Source: Deltaproteobacteria bacterium
Lineage (GTDB): Bacteria; Desulfobacterota; UBA8473
Length of the DNA stretch: 42,416 nucleotides
Assembly: GCA_030623035.1 (NCBI GenBank)
Contig: JAUXFK010000002.1
Coordinates: 1-42,416, forward strand
Direction: 5' to 3'
Shown here: piece after piece, positions 1 through 9,405 of the stretch
How the letters are laid out: each line of letters begins with the position of its first letter
Numbering within the stretch: position 1 is the first letter of the stretch
The notes under the pieces: generated by a model
What the model saw: the letters and a program-made list of their open reading frames with translations, nothing else
Databases searched by the model: none
Told to the model about the DNA's origin: nothing
Position numbers and translations under genes: made by a program

Positions 1-1
1 T

Positions 2-1132
2 ATTTACGTAAGAGCGGAATATCCACTGGCAATCAAGAGGTTGCAAATCGCCATAGCGCAGGCAAATGAAAAAGGGTTTCTAGGAAGCAACATCCTGGGG
101 AAGGGTTTCGATTTCGATATTGAGATATTCCAGGGTGCTGGAGCCTTTGTATGCGGTGAGTCAACGGCTCTGACCTTGTCTATCGAGGGGAAAAGGGGAA
201 TGCCAAAGGCTGCACCCAGACCACAGACAACAGAAAAAGGAATTTTTGACAAGCCGACTCTCTTGAATAATGTGAAGACTTTCGCTTCTGTTCCTCTGAT
301 CATTACCCGAGGTGGAGGCTGGTTTGCCAGTGTGGGTACAGAAAAGAGCAAAGGAACTGCTGTCTTTGCTCTCACAGGCAAGGTAGAAAACTGCGGACTG
401 ATAGAAGTACCAATGGGCATTACACTCCGTGAGATTGTCTATGATGTTGGGGGTGGAATTCCATTGGGTAAAAAATTCAAGGCGGTTCAAACGGGAGGCC
501 CCTCCGGAGGTTGCTTACCCGCGTCCCTTCTGGACACACCTGTGGACTATGACTCACTGAACGCAGCGGGTGCAATAATGGGATCCGGCGGCATGGTTGT
601 CATGGATGAAGAGACCTGTATGGTCGATGTTGCCCGATATTTCCTCGATTTTACTCGGAAAGAGTCCTGTGGGCAATGTGTGCCTTGTTCCTTAGGCACA
701 AAGCAGATGCTGGATATATTAAAGGATATAACTCAGGGGAAGGGGAGGCCTACAGATGTGGAACTTCTCATAGAAATAGCCGAGGCAGTCAAGGACGGTT
801 CTCTATGTGGTCTTGGAAAGAGCGCTCCAAACCCGGTGCTTACAGCCATCCGCTACTTTCGAGAGGAATATGAAGCACACATCAATGAAAAACGTTGTCT
901 GGCCAAGGTTTGCAAATCGCTTATCTCCTTTTATATTTTGCAGGATAAGTGCAAGGGCTGTGGAATCTGTCTGAAAGCATGTCCTGTAGAGGCGATCACA
1001 GGCGAGAAAAAAGAAGTCCACTACATAGATCAATCCAAGTGTATCAGATGCGGAATGTGTTTAGAGAAATGTCCTACGAAATTTAGCGCTGTTGAGTGCA
1101 TTCCTGGACAGTTGAATGATGGAGGTGAATAA
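2..1132 (+). CDS. nuoF: NuoF-family NAD(H)/FMN flavoprotein subunit with C-terminal 2x[4Fe-4S] ferredoxin domain (complex I 51-kDa / formate dehydrogenase beta, HydB/HylB-like); 5' end outside window
   Basis: Frame is open from base 2 ([21 protein letters not shown] precedes the track's TTG start at 41). Motifs: [13 protein letters not shown] (FMN/NADH site), [12 protein letters not shown] and LCGLG (N3-type cluster), then [12 protein letters not shown] and [12 protein letters not shown]. Stop lies 3 nt before the next gene. Confidence 0.9.
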   Translation: MYVRAEYPLAIKRLQIAIAQANEKGFLGSNILGKGFDFDIEIFQGAGAFVCGESTALTLSIEGKRGMPKAAPRPQTTEKGIFDKPTLLNNVKTFASVPLIITRGGGWFASVGTEKSKGTAVFALTGKVENCGLIEVPMGITLREIVYDVGGGIPLGKKFKAVQTGGPSGGCLPASLLDTPVDYDSLNAAGAIMGSGGMVVMDEETCMVDVARYFLDFTRKESCGQCVPCSLGTKQMLDILKDITQGKGRPTDVELLIEIAEAVKDGSLCGLGKSAPNPVLTAIRYFREEYEAHINEKRCLAKVCKSLISFYILQDKCKGCGICLKACPVEAITGEKKEVHYIDQSKCIRCGMCLEKCPTKFSAVECIPGQLNDGGE

Positions 1133-1135
1133 GTA

Positions 1136-3814
1136 ATGGCCGAAGTTAGTCTCACAATCGATGGTTTAGAGATCACTGCAAATAAAGATATGACTGTATT
1201 AGAAGCAGCGCTTGAAAACAGCATTTACATCCCTCATCTTTGTCATCATCCGGATTTAGAACCCGCTGGTATGTGTAGATTATGTATGGTGGAGGTTGAT
1301 GGAAAGAGAATGGTTATCTCGTGTAAGACCCAGATAAGGGATGGGATGGTCGTGAGAACGGAAAGTGAAAGAATCAATCGAATACGAAAGATCACTGTTC
1401 AACTTCTGATCGCAAACCATCAGGGGGATTGCCTGTCCTGTAATAAGAGTACGACCTGTGAACTCCAATGTATTGCGAGTTATTTAGGAATAAAAGAAGA
1501 AGAGCTGGATCTTATGAGACGTTCCGACAAGATACGTCCCATTGATACCTCAAATCCTTTTTTCGATTATGATCCCAATAAATGTGTTCTCTGTGGCATC
1601 TGTGTACGGACATGTGCAGAATTGCAGGGGGTCAGCGCTATTGATCTGGCCTTTCGAGGCTTTGACACGAGTATCTCTACGTTTGGAGCCAAGCCTTGGG
1701 TAGAGTCCAATTGTGAGTCGTGTGGAGAGTGCATAATTAGATGTCCTGTGGGTGCGCTTATGCCCAAGCATCAGTTGAGGCCTTCTTTCGAGGTAAGAAG
1801 CGTATGCCCGTATTGCGGGTGTGGGTGTGGCATGTATCTGGGGGTACGAGCCGGTCGTATTGTAGGTGTGAGAGGTGAAATCGACAATCCTTCCAACAGG
1901 GGAAGTCTCTGTGCAAAGGGACGTTTCGGCTATGAATTTGTCAACCACCCTCAGCGGCTTACTGAACCGCTTATCAAGAAAAACGGCGAATTTGTTGAAG
2001 CCTCATGGGAGGAGGCACTGGAACTGGTTACGGAAAAATTCTCTCAATACAGGGGGGAACAGTTTGCCTGTATTGCTTCTGCCAAGTGTACAAATGAAGA
2101 GAACTACGTTTTACAAAAATTTACCCGGGTGGTGATGGGCACGAATAATATCGACCACTGTGCGCGGCTTTGACATGCCCCTACAGTGGCCGGTCTGGTC
2201 ACCTCATTGGGAAGTGGGGCAATGACGAATCCGATCAGCGATATCGGTGGAGCGTCGTGTATTCTTGCTGTAGGAACCAATACAACCGTTGCGCATCCCA
2301 TTGTCGGACTTCAGGTGAAAAAGGCGGTACAAAACGGTGCAAAGCTGATCGTCATTAATCCAAAAGAGATTGATCTCTGCCGATTTGCGGATATCTTTCT
2401 GCAGAACAAGCCGGGAACGAATATTGCCCTGCTTATGGGGATGATGCGGATCATCGTGGATGAAGGTCTTCTGGACGCTTCGTTCATCGAGAGCCGTTGC
2501 GAGAATTTTGATGATTTCAAAGAATCCCTGAAAAATTTCGATATACTCACAGTGGAAAAGATTACAGGAGTGCCAAAGGAAGACATAATCGAAGCAGCCA
2601 GGTGTTATGCCACCAATAAACCGGCTTCTATTCTATACGCAATGGGCATTACGCAGCATATTCACGGTACGGATAATGTGATGGCAACCAGCAACCTGGC
2701 ATTACTTACAGGGAACATTGGTATGCCATCAACAGGGGTCAACCCTTTGCGTGGACAGAACAATGTTCAGGGCGCTTGTGATATGGGTGCGTTACCCAAT
2801 GTTTATCCAGGTTATCAACGGGTAGACGATTCGGTGGTACAGAAGAAATTTGAATCTTTCTGGTTCCAAGACTTACCCAGCTCCCCAGGGCTTACACATA
2901 CAGAGATATTCGATGCCGTCCATGATGGAGAAATAAAAGCGATTTACCTGGTCGGTGAAAACCCTATTTTAAGTGAGGCAAATGCCAGCCATACAGAGGC
3001 TGCTATTGCCAAGATTGAGTTTCTAGTGGTTCAGGATATATTCCTTACTGAAACAGCAAGATTAGCTGATGTTGTGCTGCCGGCTGTAACCTTTGCGGAA
3101 AAAGACGGGACATTTACAAATACTGAGAGGCGGGTCCAGAGAGTACGCAAGGCAATAGAACCGGTTGGTAATGCTAAAAATGATTTGTGGATAACGTGCC
3201 AGATTGCTCAAAGAATGGGGGGGAAGGGTTTTGATTTTTCCAGTCCTTTTGAAGTCATGAAAGAGATAGCCTCAGTCACACCCCAGTACAAGGGCATCTC
3301 TTACGACCGCCTGGACAAAGGCGGATTGCAATGGCCCTGTGTTTCGGAGGATCACCCCGGTACACCGATTCTCCATATTGAGCGGTTTGCAACAAAAAGC
3401 GGGAAGGCAAAGTTTATGCCGCTGGAATACAAACCATCCGCAGAACTCCCGGACGATGAGTATCCTTTACTGCTTACTACTGATCGTAGTCTGTTTCACT
3501 TTCATACAAGCACAATGACTGGAAGGGTAGAGGGTCTCAATGTGTTGGACGGCCATGAATTCGTTAGGATAAATCCGAAAGATGCGGCCCGTTTTGAGGT
3601 TACGGATGACCAGATGGTACGGGTATTCTCCAGAAGGGGAGAGGTGGAAGCCAAGGCAAAAGTGACGGATGTTTGCCCACCAGGGGTGGTATCTATGACC
3701 TTTCATTTTCCTGAAAGTCGGACTAACGTCCTTACCAACTCCGCGTTAGACCCTGTGGCAAAAATACCTGAGACGAAAGTCTGTGCGGTACGGGTAGAGG
3801 GGATGAAACAGTAA
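1136..3814 (+). CDS. fdhA: Formate dehydrogenase alpha subunit (molybdo/tungstopterin bis-MGD), selenocysteine-containing; in-frame TGA at 2171-2173 read as Sec
   Basis: ORF-track pieces 1136..2173 and 2186..3814 share one frame and are separated only by TGA. Context is NNIDHCARL-U-HAPTVAGL...GSGAMTN. N-terminal 2Fe-2S (CHHPDLEPAGMCRLCMVE), HQGDCLSCNKSTTC, two CxxCxxCxxxCP motifs, CPYCGCGC Mo-domain cluster, AMGITQH, PLRGQNNVQG. RBS GGAGGTGA upstream of ATG 1136. Confidence 0.9.
2186..2202 (+). promoter_or_regulatory. SECIS-like hairpin 12 nt downstream of the UGA codon
   Basis: GTGGCC-GGTCT-GGTCAC: 6-bp stem (one G-U pair) with GGUCU apical loop, resembling the E. coli fdhF SECIS loop as I recall it. 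Confidence 0.65.
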
Positions 3815-4022
3815 AACAGGAGACTGGCACAAGATAAAAAAGGGGAAGAAGGGATCATGTTAGAAGATGTTGTCTTAGATGATTATATAAATAACAATCG
3901 CAATAATATTTTTTTGGTGGAGCTGCATGATATGTATATCTTTTAGCTGCCCTGCGATGTTATAGTATTGGGATGGTAGCAGTTTAGTTCAACAAAAATC
4001 TACTATAGGAAAAGGCATTAGG

Positions 4023-6698
4023 ATGGTCAGTTTAACGATTGATGGAAAAGAGGTTGTAGCAGAAGAAGGTACTACAATTTTGAAAGCTGCAAAGTCTGTG
4101 GGAATTGATATACCCACCCTTTGTTATCATGAAAGATTGAATCCGATAGGTTCTTGCAGGATGTGTGTAGTAGAAATAGAGGGGCTGCCCCATCCGATGA
4201 CTGCGTGTAATACACCGGTTGTTGAAGGCATCAAAGTCACCACTGCTTCTGGACGGCTTTTGAGGATGAGAGAGGAAACCCTCAAATTGATTCTAGTGAA
4301 TCATCCCCTTGACTGCCCCATATGTGATAAGGGTGGAGAATGTACCCTTCAGGATCTGGTACATGAGTTTGAGATAGATGGCGCAGGTTACCAGGCTATA
4401 AGAGAGAAGCGAGAGTCATCGTACGCTACTCCCCTCATTCACTACTGGCCTGACAGGTGTATAATGTGTCTGCGCTGTATTACAGCATGCAGAGAGATAA
4501 AAGGGTTGGGTGCAATCGATATTAGCGGGTCCGGTTTTGATGCAAGTGTAGTCGCCGTAGATAAGGATAAGTGCGAGTCGTGCGGTGAATGTATCAGTGT
4601 ATGTCCGACGGGTGCGTTGACAGAAAATCTAAGTCAATATAAAGCACGTCCGTGGATGGTAGATCGAGTTATGACTACATGTACCTATTGCGGATGTGGG
4701 TGCCAGCTTGAGATCAATGTGTTGGATAATAGGATTACAAGCATAACAACAAAAGATCACGTAGGCATAAATAAGGGCAGTCTTTGCGTAAAAGGACGTT
4801 TTGGATATGAATTTATAGAGAGCGAGGAACGGATTACTAAGCCTCTTGTTAAGAAGAATGGAGAGTTTCATGAGGCGAGCTGGGAGGATGCATTAAATCT
4901 GGTTGCTGAGAACTTTAATACTATCAAAGCCTCACACGGGGCAGATGCGATTGCGTGTCTTTCCTCTGCCCGCTGCACCAATGAGGAAAACTATCTCATT
5001 CAGAAACTGATGCGCGCAGTTATTGGAACGAATAACATAGACCACTGTTCCAGGCTTTGGCACTCTTCTACCGTGGCAGGTCTTGCAACAGCATTTGGTA
5101 GCGACGCAATGACAAATCCTATTGCTGATGTCTTGAAGTCAGAAGCAATATTGGTAACAGGGAGTAATACTACAGAAAATCATCCAATCTTTGCAAATTA
5201 CATTAAAGAGGCTGTATTAAAGAAAGGAGCCAAATTAATAGTTGTTGACCCCAGGAAGATTGATCTGGTTGATTATGCCGGCATCTGGCTTAGACCAAAA
5301 CCTGGTACTGACATCGCATGGATTAATGGGTTACTCCATATTATTATTAAGGAAAATTTGCATGCTGCAGAATATATCAAAGAGAGAACCGAAGGGTTTG
5401 AAGAACTCAAAGCCTGTGTTGAAAAATATACCCCAGAGTATGTTTCAGAGATAACCGGTATAAAAGCCTCTGACTTGGTTAATACGGCCATTACTTATGG
5501 AAAGGCTAAGCCGGCCTCAATAATGTATGCTATGGTAATCACTCAGCATATAAATGGAACTGATAATGTAAAGTCCCTGGCAAACCTTGCAATGCTATGC
5601 GGTAACATTAGTGTTGAAGGAGGAGGTGTTAATCCTCTGCGAGGGCAGAATAATGTTCAGGGAGCTTGTGACCTTGGCGCCTTGCCGAATGTTTTCACAG
5701 GCTATCAACCGGTTACCAATGATGAAGTCAGACAGAAGTTTGAAATGGCATGGGGGGTGGATAATCTACAAGGGAAAGTTGGACTTACCGTCACTGAGAT
5801 GTTTAATGCTGCAGAAGAAGGAAAAGTAAAGGCAATGTACATTATGGGTGAGAATCCCCTGCTCAGTGATCCTGATCTTAATCATATAGAACATTGCATA
5901 AAATCATTGGATTTTTTAGTAGTTCAGGACATATTTTTAACAGAAACTGCGAAGTACGCTGATGTGGTTCTTCCTGCTGTATCTTTTGCCGAAAAGGATG
6001 GAACATTTACAAATTCCGAAAGAAAGGTTCAGCGTATAAGGAAGGCGATTAAACCACGAGGAGAGGCTAAGGAAGGCTACCGGATAATATGTGAGTTGTC
6101 CAATAAGTTGGGATTCCGGATGGATTATAGTAGTCCGAGGAACATTATGGAGGAGATACGCAAAGTAACCCCCAGCTACGCTGGTATTACTTATGAACGA
6201 ATCGAGGAAGAGGGTATTCAATGGCCGTGTCCGGATGAAGGCCATCCTGGGACGCCGATCCTTCATGTGGGACAATTTGCAAGAGGTAAGGGGCAATTCA
6301 CAGCCATTGAATATCAGGAACCGGCTGAACTGCCGGATGATGAGTACCCATTCTTACTGGCCACAGGAAGGGTATTTGCGCATTACCATGCCGGTACAAT
6401 GACCAGTAAGGGAAAGGGACTTAACATGCTTTATCCTGAGCTTCTTGTAGAGATAAATCCGGATGATGCAGTAAGTCTGGGTATCGCATCCGGTGATTCT
6501 GTTCATATCACATCCCGTCGAGGAGATATTAAGGTAAAGGCACAAGTAAGTGAAAGACCGGACAGGGGAGTTGTATTTCTTCCCTTTCATCTCAAAGAGT
6601 CACCGGCAAATATATTAACAATAAATGCTATCGACCCTATAGCTAAGATACCACAATACAAGGTATGTGCAGTACGAATAGAGGGGATAAAACAGTAA
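4023..6698 (+). CDS. FdhA-type molybdopterin oxidoreductase paralogue with Trp (TGG 5058-5060) at the Sec/Cys ligand position; candidate non-catalytic NuoG-like subunit
   Basis: Collinear with 1136..3814 over its whole length and has the same cofactor-binding Cys motifs. Codon 346 is TGG where the upstream copy has TGA (also codon 346). GSDAMTN replaces GSGAMTN and AMVITQH replaces AMGITQH. Confidence 0.85.
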   Translation: MVSLTIDGKEVVAEEGTTILKAAKSVGIDIPTLCYHERLNPIGSCRMCVVEIEGLPHPMTACNTPVVEGIKVTTASGRLLRMREETLKLILVNHPLDCPICDKGGECTLQDLVHEFEIDGAGYQAIREKRESSYATPLIHYWPDRCIMCLRCITACREIKGLGAIDISGSGFDASVVAVDKDKCESCGECISVCPTGALTENLSQYKARPWMVDRVMTTCTYCGCGCQLEINVLDNRITSITTKDHVGINKGSLCVKGRFGYEFIESEERITKPLVKKNGEFHEASWEDALNLVAENFNTIKASHGADAIACLSSARCTNEENYLIQKLMRAVIGTNNIDHCSRLWHSSTVAGLATAFGSDAMTNPIADVLKSEAILVTGSNTTENHPIFANYIKEAVLKKGAKLIVVDPRKIDLVDYAGIWLRPKPGTDIAWINGLLHIIIKENLHAAEYIKERTEGFEELKACVEKYTPEYVSEITGIKASDLVNTAITYGKAKPASIMYAMVITQHINGTDNVKSLANLAMLCGNISVEGGGVNPLRGQNNVQGACDLGALPNVFTGYQPVTNDEVRQKFEMAWGVDNLQGKVGLTVTEMFNAAEEGKVKAMYIMGENPLLSDPDLNHIEHCIKSLDFLVVQDIFLTETAKYADVVLPAVSFAEKDGTFTNSERKVQRIRKAIKPRGEAKEGYRIICELSNKLGFRMDYSSPRNIMEEIRKVTPSYAGITYERIEEEGIQWPCPDEGHPGTPILHVGQFARGKGQFTAIEYQEPAELPDDEYPFLLATGRVFAHYHAGTMTSKGKGLNMLYPELLVEINPDDAVSLGIASGDSVHITSRRGDIKVKAQVSERPDRGVVFLPFHLKESPANILTINAIDPIAKIPQYKVCAVRIEGIKQ

Positions 6699-6744
6699 GA
6701 CAAAGGACGAAAACAGGAAAAAATTAAAGGGGTTAAAAGGGGTT

Positions 6745-7806
6745 ATGTCGGAATTAATAATAGCATTGTCAATAATAATGGTTAAGGTAACAGTTGTCTT
6801 TTCTGTTCTAATGTTGATGGTAGCCTATGTTCCTTTAATGGAAAGGAAAGTTCTAGGACACATGCAGGTAAGGCATGGACCGAGGAGAGTAGGCTGGCAT
6901 GGTTTGTTGCAGCCTATTGCCGATGGATTAAAACTCTTCTTTAAAGAAGAGATAATCGTTGACCATGCCAATAAAGGATTATACCATCTTGCTCCTGTTT
7001 TGTATATGACCTGTGCATTGGCTCTCTATGCTGTTATCCCATTCGGAAATGAGATAAATATCCTGGGGAGGGTTATTCCATTACACATTGCAGACGTAAA
7101 TATCGGGATTCTCTATATATTTGCCATCTCTTCTCTGGGTATATACGGCGTGGTTTTGGCGGGATGGTCTTCAAATAATAAATACTCTTTATTGGGAGCT
7201 ATTAGAGCTTCTGCCCAGATGATAAGTTATGAGTTGCCGTTAGGGCTTTCTATTATAGGGGTTGTAATGCTTGCAGGGTCATTGAGTATGGTTGAGATAG
7301 TCAATGCCCAAGAGAATGTATGGTTTATTCTATTACAACCATTTGGGTTCCTTTTATATTTAATCTGTGCCTTTGCAGAGTGTTCCAGGACGCCGTTTGA
7401 CCTTGTTGAATGTGAAAATGAGCTCGTTGCCGGTTATCAAACGGAATACAGCTCTATGAAATTCGCCCTATTTTATATGGCAGAGTATACGCATATCATT
7501 GCAGTAAGTGCCATTGCAGTGACCCTTTTTCTAGGTGGGTGGAGAGACCCCCTCATGTCTCCAGTCGTATGGGTACTTGAAAGGATACCCGTTTTGGGTA
7601 GCCTTACAATACAGCTTATTGGTCTTGTTCCTCCAGTTGTCTGGTTTTTAATGAAAGTAATTTCCTTTGTGTTCTTTTTCATTTGGGTTAGGGCTACTTT
7701 TCCCAGATTCAGGTATGACCAGCTCATGGGGTTTGGATGGAAGGTGCTTCTTCCATTGACCCTGGTCAATATAGTTATAACCGCTTTTATTATGATAATT
7801 GTTTAA
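6745..7806 (+). CDS. nuoH: NADH:quinone oxidoreductase subunit H
   Basis: LMERKVLGHMQVRHGPRRVGWHGLLQPIADGLKLFFKE signature; multi-TM; operon position. Confidence 0.95.
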   Translation: MSELIIALSIIMVKVTVVFSVLMLMVAYVPLMERKVLGHMQVRHGPRRVGWHGLLQPIADGLKLFFKEEIIVDHANKGLYHLAPVLYMTCALALYAVIPFGNEINILGRVIPLHIADVNIGILYIFAISSLGIYGVVLAGWSSNNKYSLLGAIRASAQMISYELPLGLSIIGVVMLAGSLSMVEIVNAQENVWFILLQPFGFLLYLICAFAECSRTPFDLVECENELVAGYQTEYSSMKFALFYMAEYTHIIAVSAIAVTLFLGGWRDPLMSPVVWVLERIPVLGSLTIQLIGLVPPVVWFLMKVISFVFFFIWVRATFPRFRYDQLMGFGWKVLLPLTLVNIVITAFIMIIV

Positions 7807-7831
7807 GACTTTAGGTATAAAGACCATTAGG

Positions 7832-7990
7832 TAGTGTCCATCCAGAAATGAGAAATTTTGTTCAAGGTCAAGGAAGACGAAGATTTTAACCGCAGGAATA
7901 TATTGACATGTAGGGGCACATTGCGATGTGCCCTTACATCTGAGCCTGACGCAGAGATTGGGCAAAATGGCCATTTATGGATGGACACTA
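7832..7990 (+). mobile_element. MITE-like element, copy 1 (terminal inverted repeats TAGTGTCCATCCAGAAATG / CATTTATGGATGGACACTA)
   Basis: 19-bp TIRs with one mismatch. Near-identical to the reverse complement of 34080..34224 except for the central segment. Lies in the nuoH-nuoI spacer. Confidence 0.8.
7908..7939 (+). repeat. REP-like hairpin of the GTAGGGGC...GCCCTTAC type nested in MITE copy 1
   Basis: ATGTAGGGGCACAT-TGCG-ATGTGCCCTTACAT: 14-bp stem with one G-T pair. Absent from MITE copy 2. Confidence 0.75.
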
Positions 7991-8057
7991 GGTAAGTGGA
8001 TGAAGACAATGGTAAACTTGCTTTCTATATAAGAGGTAAAGAGAATAGGAGAGTTCG

Positions 8058-8456
8058 ATGATTATACCGCTCGTCAAAGGCTTAAGTCTTACGTTTCGAA
8101 GGTTTTTTTCAAAACCCATAACCATACTCTATCCAGAACAGAGATGGGAGTGTTATCCCAGATTTAGGGGGCGTCATCAGCTCCAAAGGAAGGAAGATGG
8201 GAGTGCGAAATGTGTTGCTTGTCAATTGTGTGCCACAGTCTGCCCTTCCGAATGCATTCGTGTTGTGACTGTTGAAGGGCCAGACCATGAAAGGTATGCT
8301 GAGAGTTATGAAATTGACTTAAGCCGATGTATATTTTGCGGATATTGTGTTGAAGCATGCCCCGTTGGGGCAATAGTTATGACCGGCGAGTATGAATTGG
8401 CCACCTATAATCGTGATGATACCCAATACAATATGGAAATGCTTCTAGAAAAATAG
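8058..8456 (+). CDS. nuoI: NADH:quinone oxidoreductase subunit I (2x[4Fe-4S])
   Basis: CVACQLCATVCP and CIFCGYCVEACP motifs; size; operon position. Confidence 0.95.
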   Translation: MIIPLVKGLSLTFRRFFSKPITILYPEQRWECYPRFRGRHQLQRKEDGSAKCVACQLCATVCPSECIRVVTVEGPDHERYAESYEIDLSRCIFCGYCVEACPVGAIVMTGEYELATYNRDDTQYNMEMLLEK

Positions 8457-8481
8457 TATAACATAAAAGGAGTTATGGATT

Positions 8482-8991
8482 ATGACAGCCTTTTTCTTCT
8501 TTCCCATCGCTATAGTCGTATTAATTTCGGCAAGTTTGGTCATCTTTTTTCGAAACCCGGTACATAGTGCCTTATCCCTGCTTTTGACTTTTTTCAGTCT
8601 TGCAGGTCTATATATCCTTCTCAATGCCCAGTTTGTTGCTGCGATTCAGGTTATTGTATATGCGGGGGCCATAATGGTTCTCTTTTTGTTTGTAATTATG
8701 TTGCTCAATTTAGACAAAGTAAAGAAGGAGAGAGAAAGACACCCCTTGCAAAAGGCCTTTGGGATTCTAATCGCTTCTCTTTTACTGGTGGTCTTGGGCT
8801 CGGTTATCGCTTCGGGAATATTATACGGAACCAAAGGAATCTATACTGTTGAAAAGGTAGCTGCTATAGGGAATACAAAGGCTATAGCAGGTTTGCTCTT
8901 TACCGATTGGATTCTCCCCTTTGAGATAACTTCCATACTTTTATTGGCCGCTATTGTAGGGGCTATTGTTTTGTCAAAGAAGGAGTTGTAA
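8482..8991 (+). CDS. nuoJ: NADH:quinone oxidoreductase subunit J
   Basis: Hydrophobic 169-aa protein between nuoI and nuoK with the typical [18 protein letters not shown] segment. Confidence 0.9.
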   Translation: MTAFFFFPIAIVVLISASLVIFFRNPVHSALSLLLTFFSLAGLYILLNAQFVAAIQVIVYAGAIMVLFLFVIMLLNLDKVKKERERHPLQKAFGILIASLLLVVLGSVIASGILYGTKGIYTVEKVAAIGNTKAIAGLLFTDWILPFEITSILLLAAIVGAIVLSKKEL

Positions 8992-8993
8992 AG

Positions 8994-9296
8994 ATGGTAC
9001 CGATATCATATTATCTTATACTTTCGGCGGTTTTATTCACCATTGGAGTTATAGGGGTCTTGGTCAGGAGGAACGCTATCATCATATTCATGTGTATAGA
9101 ACTCATGTTGAATGCCGTAAACCTGTCCTTTGTGGCCATATCAAAACACCTCGATTCGTTGGATGGACAGATATTTGTTATTTTTGTTATGACAGTGGCT
9201 GCCGCTGAAGTGGCAGTTGGACTGGCGATCATCATAAACCTGTTCAGGAATAAAGAGACCATTAACATTGATGAAGTTAATATTATGAAATGGTAG
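8994..9296 (+). CDS. nuoK: NADH:quinone oxidoreductase subunit K
   Basis: 100 aa, three TM segments, ELMLNAVNL and [11 protein letters not shown] motifs; starts 2 nt after the nuoJ stop. Confidence 0.95.
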   Translation: MVPISYYLILSAVLFTIGVIGVLVRRNAIIIFMCIELMLNAVNLSFVAISKHLDSLDGQIFVIFVMTVAAAEVAVGLAIIINLFRNKETINIDEVNIMKW

Positions 9297-9405
9297 TGAA
9301 AAAGTTTTTTGGTTTTACACTTTAGAAAATCATTTTTTTGCTATTTCAAGCTGGATTCTAAGTGAGAATAAGAGAATAAATTTCCGATAAAATTGGAGGA
9401 TGGAC

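Noticed and set aside
4-490. Minus-strand ORFs 4..420 and 161..490
   Set aside because: They lie antisense to a strongly motif-supported NuoF-like reading frame. They have no recognisable motifs and are typical shadow ORFs.
1136-3814. Reading 1136..2173 and 2186..3814 as a disrupted FDH pseudogene or two separate genes
   Set aside because: The only interruption is a single TGA at the exact Sec/Cys ligand position, with a SECIS-like hairpin downstream. The frame is otherwise intact across all conserved motifs.
3857-3946. 29-codon ORF (MLEDVVLDDYINNNRNNIFLVELHDMYIF) in the 208-nt gap between the two FDH paralogues
   Set aside because: It is AT-rich and low-complexity with no recognisable family. 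The G-rich stretch upstream is only a weak SD. There is not enough support to call a gene.
7648-8009. Minus-strand ORFs 7648..7974 and 7827..8009
   Set aside because: They run through the MITE and its REP-like hairpin and are antisense to the nuo operon. They are artefacts of repeat sequence.
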